Source of the DNA: a virus | Lineage: Duplodnaviria; Heunggongvirae; Uroviricota; Caudoviricetes | IMG/VR virus record: IMGVR_UViG_3300031998_000032 | Location: 1 to 44,041 of that record | Length of the DNA: 44,041 nt | Reading direction: 5' to 3' (one strand) | Shown: in pieces, positions 34,140 to 41,721 of the stretch | Layout of the letters: every line of letters starts with the position of its first letter | Numbering within the stretch: the first letter of the stretch is position 1 | The notes under the pieces: generated by a model | The model's input: the letters and a program-made list of their open reading frames with translations, nothing else | Told to the model about the DNA's origin: nothing | The model's database searches: none | Made by a program: the position numbers and the translations under genes

Positions 34140-34526
34140 ATGCGAGAGGTATATATTGACGTAGATGGATATTGGGGTGTTCTCTTATGCTTTGATTACT
34201 CGCGAAGGGATTGGCCCCGTATGCGTTCTATTATGGAGTCGTTCGGATTGGATGAGTATAAGACCATTGAAGCCATTGATGTGTTGAGACATCGCAACAC
34301 AGGTATGTCTGTCTCCAGGAGTGATATCACTATGAGCGTCATGTTTGTCGGTCCGGCTACCGACAGGGAACAGTTCTTTGACACACTCGCACATGAGATA
34401 TATCACGTGCAGGTGGCCATCTGTAATCATTACGGAGTGGAACGTGACGGTGAGGATGCCGCCTGGTTGCAGGGATACCTGATGAGAGAATCCACGAGAG
34501 CTATCATACCGTATATGTGTGATTGA
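34140..34526 (+). CDS. Putative zinc metallopeptidase (HExxH)
   Basis: DTLAHEIYHV followed by GEDAAWLQGYL as a candidate third-ligand helix. Likely start is ATG 34140. Confidence 0.55.
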   Translation: MREVYIDVDGYWGVLLCFDYSRRDWPRMRSIMESFGLDEYKTIEAIDVLRHRNTGMSVSRSDITMSVMFVGPATDREQFFDTLAHEIYHVQVAICNHYGVERDGEDAAWLQGYLMRESTRAIIPYMCD

Positions 34527-34806
34527 TATGCACTGCGCTACTTTACTTGCCCTGACGTTTATATGTGTGGCATTTTACCATTTCAAACTGGGGTCTGCAC
34601 TCGGTATTATATCCGATGAGTCGGATGATCCGGCGTATGCTTCCTTCCTGTTTGTTTTCGTCTATTCGGCATTAAAGGCAGGTAATATCATTCACGCATT
34701 CGCTCTCGCTTTTCTACTCGCTTATATCTCACGTTGGATCGATATCTTATTATCGGTATTGGACAGTTTCTATGAGAAAATTAAAACCAAGCATTCAAAA
34801 AACTAA
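34519..34806 (+). CDS. Small multi-pass membrane protein
   Basis: About 95 aa with three hydrophobic segments. Confidence 0.6.
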   Translation: MIDMHCATLLALTFICVAFYHFKLGSALGIISDESDDPAYASFLFVFVYSALKAGNIIHAFALAFLLAYISRWIDILLSVLDSFYEKIKTKHSKN

Positions 34807-34818
34807 CAAACAGATGTT

Positions 34819-35319
34819 ATGACAAAAGAAATTCAGGAAAGATTAGATGATTTTTTTGAGATCTTGAAGACCTCAAAAAAAGACAGTGCATTTGATATCT
34901 TCAAAACGGCGATAAGTGAGATGATGGATTTCGCTTATGAGCGTGATCCGTCGATAGTACAGACCTGGCTTGATAACTTGGGCGCCGTAGAGTGGCAGAA
35001 CTACATCAACAAAAAGGAAGCAGAGGCTATTGTGGCTGAGATGGAACCTAAGGCTCCGTGGACCATAGAGCAATGGGATAAAATCTTGGAAGCCAACGAA
35101 CTCGACAGAGAGAAGGCTCCTTTTTATAATCCATATGCCTTATATGTGGTTATGAGCAGCATATACAACCTCCATGCGCAGACGTTGGCAAAGATAGTAG
35201 GTCAGACCATCGACGAGATCCCCGAGGATGAGTTCTTCCAGGCAGTATACTTCCTTGCGCTCGACCGGTTAAAGAAGAACGACGCAAATATGGATGTACG
35301 GAATTGGTACAATCTGTGA
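34819..35319 (+). CDS. Hypothetical helical protein
   Basis: 166 aa with NYINKKEAEAIVAEM...PWTIEQW...YNPYALYVVM, a pattern recalled from gut phage accessory cassettes. Confidence 0.7.
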   Translation: MTKEIQERLDDFFEILKTSKKDSAFDIFKTAISEMMDFAYERDPSIVQTWLDNLGAVEWQNYINKKEAEAIVAEMEPKAPWTIEQWDKILEANELDREKAPFYNPYALYVVMSSIYNLHAQTLAKIVGQTIDEIPEDEFFQAVYFLALDRLKKNDANMDVRNWYNL

Positions 35320-35422
35320 AATCCAAGTCCGTATTAAAAACAAATTAATTAATAATTTGCTCCGAACAAAATTGTATTGTATTGATAATCAAAGTTTTTT
35401 TTCGATTATTTAAGAGCAAAAC

Positions 35423-35454
35423 TAAAAGCAAACCGCCATCTTCTCAGACAGCGG
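35423..35454 (-). terminator. Terminator of the minus-strand lysis cassette
   Basis: On the minus strand: CCGCTGTC-TGAGAA-GATGGCGG (two G:U pairs), followed by TTTGCTTTT. Confidence 0.6.
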
Positions 35455-35483
35455 CCGGCAGAACCATGTTCTAACCAATTTAC

Positions 35484-36098
35484 TTATGAAACGAATTTCT
35501 GTAAGATAGATATAATGATTTTCTTAAAGAATTTGCGGTAGTTGATGAGAAGCCAACCGAATAGTATATATGAAGCGTAGAAGCGCGTCTTGTCCCACCA
35601 CGTGTAGTCACGCTCGACATACTCTGTAACAGTCTGATGGTTTTCAGTGATATCGGTGGTCGTATGCTCTTCTTTCTCTGACTCGGTTATGGTAGTTACC
35701 GGCTTCTCGTATTCAACCGGTATATCCTGTTCCTTTGTTTTGAGATTATGGTAAAGCGTGCCGTCAGGGTTGATCTTGGCGTCACTGCTGCAGTATCGGT
35801 TCTCAAGATGGGATGAGTCACCTATGATATGATTGACGCTCTCTTGGGCCGGTATATGGACGTACGTGGTGTCATGCACGTATTCAGTCACTTTCTCATA
35901 CCGGATTTCAGTACGCACGCTGTCGCTTGACTCATGATTGTTGTTGTTGTCGGTCGCCACCTTCCTGCACGGACAGCAGCCGAAGACGAAGAGAAGGACA
36001 ACCAGGATGCAGAACATCATGGTGGGTTGCAGACAGCCGTTGTTGTTCAGCTGCTCGTAATAATCCCTGATGGCTTGGTTGTTCTCTTTTTCAGTCAT
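35484..36098 (-). CDS. Unimolecular spanin-like lipoprotein
   Basis: Hydrophobic signal with lipobox VFGC, a polar beta-rich periplasmic region and a C-terminal transmembrane helix (WWDKTRFYASYILFGWLLINY); last gene of the lysis cassette. Confidence 0.7.
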   Translation of the reverse strand: MTEKENNQAIRDYYEQLNNNGCLQPTMMFCILVVLLFVFGCCPCRKVATDNNNNHESSDSVRTEIRYEKVTEYVHDTTYVHIPAQESVNHIIGDSSHLENRYCSSDAKINPDGTLYHNLKTKEQDIPVEYEKPVTTITESEKEEHTTTDITENHQTVTEYVERDYTWWDKTRFYASYILFGWLLINYRKFFKKIIISILQKFVS

Positions 36099-36101
36099 AG
36101 T

Positions 36102-36185
36102 TCATCTGAAATCTGCAAACATCCAAATAAGGCCGATGACGCAAAGTATGGCCACTACGATGTAAACCCATTCACCTTTTTTCAT
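36102..36185 (-). CDS. 27-aa single-pass membrane peptide (not in the ORF track)
   Basis: MKKGEWVYIVVAILCVIGLIWMFADFR; its ATG overlaps the holin TGA (ATGA). Confidence 0.5.
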   Translation of the reverse strand: MKKGEWVYIVVAILCVIGLIWMFADFR

Positions 36186-36676
36186 TTCTTTTTCTTTTTA
36201 AGGACTTCTTGAACTTCCTCTACGGGTATGTTCAGCTTGGATGCTATCTCACCCGAGAGTGCTTTCTGGAAAAGTTTGAGGAACGGAAAATCGGGATACA
36301 GGATGAGCATACTGGCTGATGAACTCCATAGTTCGACGAGCAGTATGGCAGCACCGACCACCTTTGTGCTTATCGTTAGGTCTGTAATCTTATCCAGGCC
36401 GATAAACACGATGAGTGCGCTTCCGTACACCGTTAGTTTTCCGACTGTGTTACGCATCAGTTCAGACAGCGTGAACTTACCTTCTTTCACCGATACTGCA
36501 ATACCCCATACGGCATCCAATATCGTTGCGGCCACCACGAGCTTGATGACCAATGCATGAGGAGAGAAATAATCTATAATCACTGTTATAAGAGCAAGGA
36601 CCCAGCCGTACAGCGTACAAGACAGTGCGGCCAACTTTGAGAAACAATGACTAATTATGGAATGGACGTGTATCAT
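36182..36676 (-). CDS. Holin (phage holin family 4-like)
   Basis: Multi-pass membrane protein with LDAVWGIAVS.K.GKF.LS.L.R.T..KL.VY; ATG 36676 overlaps the endolysin stop (ATGA). Confidence 0.75.
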   Translation of the reverse strand: MIHVHSIISHCFSKLAALSCTLYGWVLALITVIIDYFSPHALVIKLVVAATILDAVWGIAVSVKEGKFTLSELMRNTVGKLTVYGSALIVFIGLDKITDLTISTKVVGAAILLVELWSSSASMLILYPDFPFLKLFQKALSGEIASKLNIPVEEVQEVLKKKKK

Positions 36677-37179
36677 GGCTCGAACTGGAAATGAGGTAAT
36701 CTGTAATTGAGCCATCCGTTTAGAAACTTCTTCTGAGACGGCTTGCGCTCAACCAAGTCTTTATAATATTGAATACGTGCATCCATTATCTTACAGAAGA
36801 TGCATTTGGCCGGGGATCCATTGAGAGCGCCTAATGTCTTCGGGCCGAAGATACCGTCTTCGACCAACCGGAAGACTTTCTGAACACCCTTACGACCTTC
36901 GACTCCTGAGTTGATACTCCAATCAACCACCAACTCTGCGATAGATTGGTTGGTTATCTTATCGGCGTTACAGGAATCCCAATAAATCTTGTAGATATAA
37001 CGCCATTGCTGTTCTGTCATGTTCTTGAGATCCTGAACGGTCTTGTCTTTGCCGTAGACAGATCTGAAAGTGGCTATGGTAACGCCTCGGTATGTCTCTT
37101 TGCCGGCATCGTCTTTATCGTTGGAGAAGCCTCCTTCGATGTCGCTTATGATTGGATAGAAATGCTCGATATTTGCCAT
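36673..37179 (-). CDS. Endolysin, glycoside hydrolase family 108 with C-terminal peptidoglycan-binding domain
   Basis: IEGGFSNDKDDAGKETYRGVT matches the GH108 EGG..N...D.G..T..G(I/V)T motif; also DWSINSG, DGIFGPKTL and QKKFLNGWLN. Likely start is 37179. Confidence 0.88.
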   Translation of the reverse strand: MANIEHFYPIISDIEGGFSNDKDDAGKETYRGVTIATFRSVYGKDKTVQDLKNMTEQQWRYIYKIYWDSCNADKITNQSIAELVVDWSINSGVEGRKGVQKVFRLVEDGIFGPKTLGALNGSPAKCIFCKIMDARIQYYKDLVERKPSQKKFLNGWLNYRLPHFQFEP

Positions 37180-37270
37180 GTCGTTTCTTTTTCTGCAAAA
37201 CAAAACAAGAATGACATTATTTAGTTTTTTAATAGTGAAAAATGTTTACAAACGAAGGAAAGATTACCAT

Positions 37271-37293
37271 AAAAAGAGAACTCGAAGGTTCTC
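37271..37293 (-). terminator. Terminator ending the upstream minus-strand accessory genes
   Basis: On the minus strand: GAGAAC-CTTCGA-GTTCTC-TTTTT. Confidence 0.65.
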
Positions 37294-37299
37294 CTCTAC

Positions 37300-37749
37300 T
37301 TAATACTCTTCATCATAAGGCCACTCTTCAATGGTACCCCATGCGACAATATATGAATCACTTTCATCTGGCGTACCTTTGTCGCACCAACGATGGATAA
37401 TTCGGAACCCGCGTCTTTTGAGCTCATCCAAAGTGTCTGTAGTGATGCAAAAATCCATAGGAAGAGTCCAATATGCCTGGAACTCGGAGTATTGTTCACC
37501 ATTCTTCATACAAGCTTCTATTATATCCAAAGCATACGATAGGTTACTATCTATATCAATAGTTCGGGATAGGCGCGGATCATCTACCTGCTGTATTCCT
37601 CTGATGTAATCTGCAGCAGCCAGGATGGTCTCTATAGACACATGACCATCAATAAATATCACATCATCTTCTATAGCATAGTAGTCGTGCTCGAAGAACT
37701 TCTCGGCCACTTCGCACATTTGCTGTTCTGTTAGTTTCATATCACTCAT
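37300..37749 (-). CDS. Hypothetical acidic protein
   Basis: 149-aa ORF whose start overlaps the upstream frame's stop by 8 nt. Confidence 0.7.
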   Translation of the reverse strand: MSDMKLTEQQMCEVAEKFFEHDYYAIEDDVIFIDGHVSIETILAAADYIRGIQQVDDPRLSRTIDIDSNLSYALDIIEACMKNGEQYSEFQAYWTLPMDFCITTDTLDELKRRGFRIIHRWCDKGTPDESDSYIVAWGTIEEWPYDEEY

Positions 37750-38346
37750 TTTTATCGTTCAACAAATCCTCTTTCAAAATAGTTAGACGTTCCCTTAGTT
37801 GCTCGACAATCCTTTTGCATTCAGGTTTGTTCCTGGCGTAACGCATGAGATATAAAGGATGGATGAACTTGTTTTGCTTCATATCCGGATAGAGGAAAGT
37901 GGAGAACCTAATAGATCTCCAAAAAAAAAAGATTCTGCTCGACGAGCGACATCCGGATTCATCCAAAAGTCTCCCCATCCGATATAGGTAGGAACTGACA
38001 TGTCAAATTCTCCGTCGTTATCTGCGATGATGATAGTCGTTTTTGCTTTGTCAAAATCCGCCTCTCGGGTATCCGACAGGTTCCATATTCTGACAGCACC
38101 GCCATCCTTGTCGATACCGAACAACTCAGCAACAGCGTACATGGTTGCATCAACAGAGAACTCCTTACGTCCATCCTCGCGTTTGAATAATGTATCATCC
38201 AAAGGACGGGCTGATCCCGGATTTTTCATGATGCAGTTTCCGATGATCCGCTCATCATCGTTACCGACAAGTATGGTGCCGGCCCGGTATTCAACGCCAT
38301 TAACCACTCCGAAATAGGCGTAGCATTTGATGTTTTTACCACTCAT
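37742..38346 (-). pseudogene. DUF1643-like gene split by a frameshift at a T10 tract
   Basis: The N-terminal frame (38346-37879) has CIMKNPGSA and WNLSD. The -1 frame after the T10 (plus-strand A10 at 37921-37930) has IHPLY and ends at 37742, overlapping the next start. Confidence 0.6.
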
Positions 38347-38678
38347 ACCTCACTCTCTTTTATTACGTTAAGGTCGATATAAGATGTTGCAGCAAAAATG
38401 GTATATACCACTCTGTTGTTGGGTTTACTCTTATCATCCTTGATGGGTTCCCTGTAGAAGTCTTTGCTCGTAACCACCGATGCAATACACTCTGCCAGGT
38501 TATCTGCTGTTGTATGCTCTTCCACCCAGGGCATAGCCATCAAATCTAAATCGTGAACTACAGAGCCGTGTATGGCTACACCCCAACCGCACGCTGTTGC
38601 TACTTCGCGTATCTTGGGCCATTGAAAGGTCCAGAAGATAGCGTCGTTGTCTTTGAGTTTTTCCAAATCAAATGCCAT
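38343..38678 (-). CDS. Minimal nucleotidyltransferase-like protein
   Basis: VAIHGSVVHDLDLMAMPW fits the hGS...DhD motif of the Pol-beta superfamily; only 111 aa. Confidence 0.5.
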   Translation of the reverse strand: MAFDLEKLKDNDAIFWTFQWPKIREVATACGWGVAIHGSVVHDLDLMAMPWVEEHTTADNLAECIASVVTSKDFYREPIKDDKSKPNNRVVYTIFAATSYIDLNVIKESEV

Positions 38679-38681
38679 ATT

Positions 38682-38711
38682 TCAATCTTTAATGATTATT
38701 ACTTTAACCTT
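38682..38711. repeat. 30-bp exact direct repeat, copy 1 (copy 2 at 39658-39687)
   Basis: TCAATCTTTAATGATTATTACTTTAACCTT is present at both positions. Confidence 0.9.
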
Positions 38712-39425
38712 GTCGCCAATTTTGAACTTGTGGAAGTTTTTCCTCTCGCAAGGAATATGGGTTATGTTAGACGGAGTAAGAGCATTATATCCTTCTACTC
38801 TTACATTGATATGGTCTATAACCCTACCACATACATTTCCTTCTATCGCGCCCTTCATCATCTGCTCTTTCTGTAGTAGGGCGCCATATCTGCAGGCGTC
38901 GATAAGGTCGTTAGTGGAATCGTATTGTATCGGCTCTCCAGATGTTTCTAAATCGCATTCACAGTGTTCACGTTTGGCATATTCCTTGAAGGCTATTTCC
39001 ATATCTTTGCTTACTAAATATTGTTTTTCCCGCCATTTTGCGCCTTGGATGAAATATCTCTCTGCAATCCACATAATACCCCTGCGTGCAAAGTCATCAA
39101 CCTCCTGGCAGTCTTGCATATAGTGTATAGCGGCCTGATACCGATCATCTGTCGGTTCTATATGTGTAAACTCTCGCTCTTTCTGCCATTGTGCGCCAAG
39201 TTGTGCGTACTTGCTTGCAATATCGTCTATTCCTCTGCGAACAAAGTCATCTACATCACCATCATACTCCATTTGTTCTCTTACAGCAACCGATAAGTCC
39301 TCGCTTGCAGGCTCTTTCAGTTTCTCCGCAAACTCCGTCAGCAATGCCTCCAGTTCGCTTGCATCCATCCACCGATTATCTGCGTGGGCGGTTACATATT
39401 GGTTTATCAGTTCTTTGGTTGTCAT
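38682..39425 (-). CDS. Hypothetical protein with internal repeats
   Basis: Two VDDF(V/A)RRGI..IA..Y...GA.W units and a DKVKVIIIKD end. Confidence 0.75.
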   Translation of the reverse strand: MTTKELINQYVTAHADNRWMDASELEALLTEFAEKLKEPASEDLSVAVREQMEYDGDVDDFVRRGIDDIASKYAQLGAQWQKEREFTHIEPTDDRYQAAIHYMQDCQEVDDFARRGIMWIAERYFIQGAKWREKQYLVSKDMEIAFKEYAKREHCECDLETSGEPIQYDSTNDLIDACRYGALLQKEQMMKGAIEGNVCGRVIDHINVRVEGYNALTPSNITHIPCERKNFHKFKIGDKVKVIIIKD

Positions 39426-39441
39426 ATCTCATGATAAATAT

Positions 39442-39654
39442 TCATAATACAACTGTAACATCTGAACTACCTTTAAAGTATTTGTCCAATTCCTCAATGC
39501 TTATAATATGCAGTCCAATAAGTTCTGCAAGAGTAAACAATCTCGGATATTGCCCATCATAGATATAATGCCACTTGTTGTACCAATGTTCTTTTCTTGA
39601 TACAATGTATCTGTATTGGTCTCCAAGTAACAAGCAGGTTATTTTCCTTTTCAT
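39442..39654 (-). CDS. Hypothetical protein
   Basis: 70-aa ORF tiling the minus-strand gene array. Confidence 0.55.
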   Translation of the reverse strand: MKRKITCLLLGDQYRYIVSRKEHWYNKWHYIYDGQYPRLFTLAELIGLHIISIEELDKYFKGSSDVTVVL

Positions 39655-39657
39655 ATC

Positions 39658-39687
39658 TCAATCTTTAATGATTATTACTTTAACCTT
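39658..39687. repeat. 30-bp exact direct repeat, copy 2
   Basis: Identical to 38682-38711. Confidence 0.9.
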
Positions 39688-39915
39688 ATCGTTTTTGGAT
39701 AATTGAGTCTCTAACATAATCCAAGGGTAAGTATGCGGTCTGTCACTTATTGTAGTTCTTACTGCTACAACCTTTCCTTCAATCGCATCCTTCATCATCT
39801 GCTCTCTCTGCCATTGTGCGCCTGCCGTAAATCCTTTATATCTTGTTTCTCGTGCATCAAGGTTTGCAGTATTGTCAGCATATTTATTTGCTGCCCTATC
39901 CAAGTCCTCTCGCAT
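39658..39915 (-). CDS. Short paralogue of 38682-39425
   Basis: GAQWQREQMMKDAIEG...DKVKVIIIKD, with identical DNA blocks shared with 38682-39425. Confidence 0.7.
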   Translation of the reverse strand: MREDLDRAANKYADNTANLDARETRYKGFTAGAQWQREQMMKDAIEGKVVAVRTTISDRPHTYPWIMLETQLSKNDKVKVIIIKD

Positions 39916-39920
39916 AATTG

Positions 39921-41024
39921 TTATTGTTTTAATTTTGTTAGTTGTTCATGTAATGTTCTAAGGTCAAATGCACTTTCTTCACCACAATTCTTTGCAAGAC
40001 TTAAAGCATTATCAAGTGCTTTAATCTGCTCATCACTCGGCTTCCAAGTGCATCTTTCTTTGAAAGCTTTGAACCAAGACATTGCTTTTCTCACTCTTTC
40101 TGTATATTCAAGACTCATGTGGTGTTCTTGCAATTTCACACAAATCCACTTAAACTCATTTTCATCCTCTTCACTCCAAGCAGACTTCTGAAAATACTTA
40201 TTGCAGAATCTAATAAATCCATCATGGTCAAATTGGATTTCATCTCCCTTATCATAGAAGTATGGATTGTTGACCTTATTGTGTTTCCAATAATCCTCAA
40301 TCCATTCATCTGTAATAGGTATTGGTTTCTGCTCAATCTTTCTCAACTCTTTCTTCTCAGCATCCCACTTATAACCTGCTTCTTTTATTTTTTGAAATAA
40401 GAGGTCATACTGTTCTTTGGTGGCTGGATGAACTGCTTTTGATGTTTCCCAATAGTGTTCTAATCCTTCGTTAAATTTAACAGCATTATCAGTTGTAAAC
40501 GCGATATAATACTTACAAGCATCATCAACCACACCTTTGAAAAGAAAAATAGAATCATCAGAAGCAACAAGCACATCACCATCTTTTGCATCTTGGATAG
40601 TCCAAAGCCGTGCAGTCGAAAGATTTCTTTCATTGACAAGTTCTTTCTCAATTCCAAAATTCGTTACAAGTTTGTTACAGCCTTCTTCACGTTTTACAAT
40701 TTGACAAATGTCATCATTATAAACAACCCAATCGCCAACCTTGAACTTTGGTTCAATCTTGCAAGTTTTTGCAGAATTAGCAAGTTGTTGCGAGCCTTGC
40801 TTTTCAAGCCAAGATAACCACCTTTTGCAATCGTCACTTTTGTAAGGATGTGATTTATTATTGGCTCCGGCACGGAATAATTCTATCAATTCTTTCCTCG
40901 TCCGCTCATCTTCGCTCTCTTTGAGTTCAGGGATAAGGGTTTCAAGTGCTTCATTTAAGTCTTTACCGCTTGACGGGTAATACTCTCTTACTATTTCTAT
41001 TGCTTCACTTCTTTTCATAATCAC
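39921..41024 (-). CDS. Modular hypothetical protein of Bacteroidales phages
   Basis: String of short motifs: ESEDER.RK.L, WLEKQG, KFKVGDW, WTIQDAKDGDVL, HPATKEQ, WSEEDE, WKPSDEQ. Confidence 0.75.
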   Translation of the reverse strand: MIMKRSEAIEIVREYYPSSGKDLNEALETLIPELKESEDERTRKELIELFRAGANNKSHPYKSDDCKRWLSWLEKQGSQQLANSAKTCKIEPKFKVGDWVVYNDDICQIVKREEGCNKLVTNFGIEKELVNERNLSTARLWTIQDAKDGDVLVASDDSIFLFKGVVDDACKYYIAFTTDNAVKFNEGLEHYWETSKAVHPATKEQYDLLFQKIKEAGYKWDAEKKELRKIEQKPIPITDEWIEDYWKHNKVNNPYFYDKGDEIQFDHDGFIRFCNKYFQKSAWSEEDENEFKWICVKLQEHHMSLEYTERVRKAMSWFKAFKERCTWKPSDEQIKALDNALSLAKNCGEESAFDLRTLHEQLTKLKQ

Positions 41025-41104
41025 TTTGATTTATGCTCGTCGTCCTTCCACAACGCGGCGACGAGACCGATGAATAATACAACAATAACAATAACTGATT
41101 TCAT
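41021..41104 (-). CDS. 27-aa membrane peptide (not in the ORF track)
   Basis: MKSVIVIVVLFIGLVAALWKDDEHKSK fills the gap between denV and the next gene. Confidence 0.45.
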   Translation of the reverse strand: MKSVIVIVVLFIGLVAALWKDDEHKSK

Positions 41105-41107
41105 ATT

Positions 41108-41551
41108 TTATCTTCTTAATAGTTTAACCGCTTCTTCTTTGCTAATAGCCTTGCCATAGTAGTGAAAGCACTTCTTCGGGCTGTTCATTATGCGCTCGGT
41201 GATGCGCTCTATGAGCAGGTCGCGTTCCTCAGAGGTGGGAGTGTAGTAATTGTAAAAATCCACGAATTTCAAAGGCATAATAAAATTACCTTCATAACTT
41301 TTCGGTGAAAAACCTCTATTCTCACATTCCCTATAAATATCCATATATCTCATATGCACAAACTCCATCTTATCCAAGAAGAAAAGCACGTGTCCCTTAC
41401 CAAGGGTGAACTTCTCAGGGATATTCTTGATGCTACCGCTCTCAATGGCATTCTCAAGACACCACGGGAGTCGCTTTATCTCACGATGCTCTGCAAGCAG
41501 ATGCTCATCAGTGAGGTTCTCTACGGGAATTGCGGAATTGATGCGGGTCAT
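41108..41551 (-). CDS. denV: Pyrimidine-dimer DNA glycosylase/AP lyase (T4 endonuclease V)
   Basis: MTRINS...LTDEHLLAEHREIKR...FTLGKGHVLFFLDK aligns with T4 DenV MTRINL...DQHLMAEYRELPR...GHVTFFYDK. The Thr2 and Glu23 equivalents are retained. Start is ATG 41551. Confidence 0.9.
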   Translation of the reverse strand: MTRINSAIPVENLTDEHLLAEHREIKRLPWCLENAIESGSIKNIPEKFTLGKGHVLFFLDKMEFVHMRYMDIYRECENRGFSPKSYEGNFIMPLKFVDFYNYYTPTSEERDLLIERITERIMNSPKKCFHYYGKAISKEEAVKLLRR

Positions 41552-41553
41552 AG

Positions 41554-41721
41554 TTATTCCTTGTCTGCGAAATGTAACCATATGGCAGTGTATGCCACTA
41601 CTAAAGCGAACTCAGGTCTATCAAGTTCTATGCCGCAGAGACGGCACGTAACCCAACTTACCAAATACAATATACCCAAGTAGATTATTGTCTTTAATAG
41701 GTTTGAAAATACTTTTTTCAT
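41554..41721 (-). CDS. 55-aa two-helix membrane protein (not in the ORF track)
   Basis: MKKVFSNLLKTIIYLGILYLVSWVTCRLCGIELDRPEFALVVAYTAIWLHFADKE; ATGA overlap with the upstream gene. Confidence 0.55.
   Translation of the reverse strand: MKKVFSNLLKTIIYLGILYLVSWVTCRLCGIELDRPEFALVVAYTAIWLHFADKE

Noticed and set aside
35934-36212. Plus-strand 92-aa ORF across the spanin-holin junction as an embedded o-spanin
   Set aside because: It is on the opposite strand to the lysis genes and has no lipobox, and the spanin-like gene already has both a lipobox and a C-terminal transmembrane helix.
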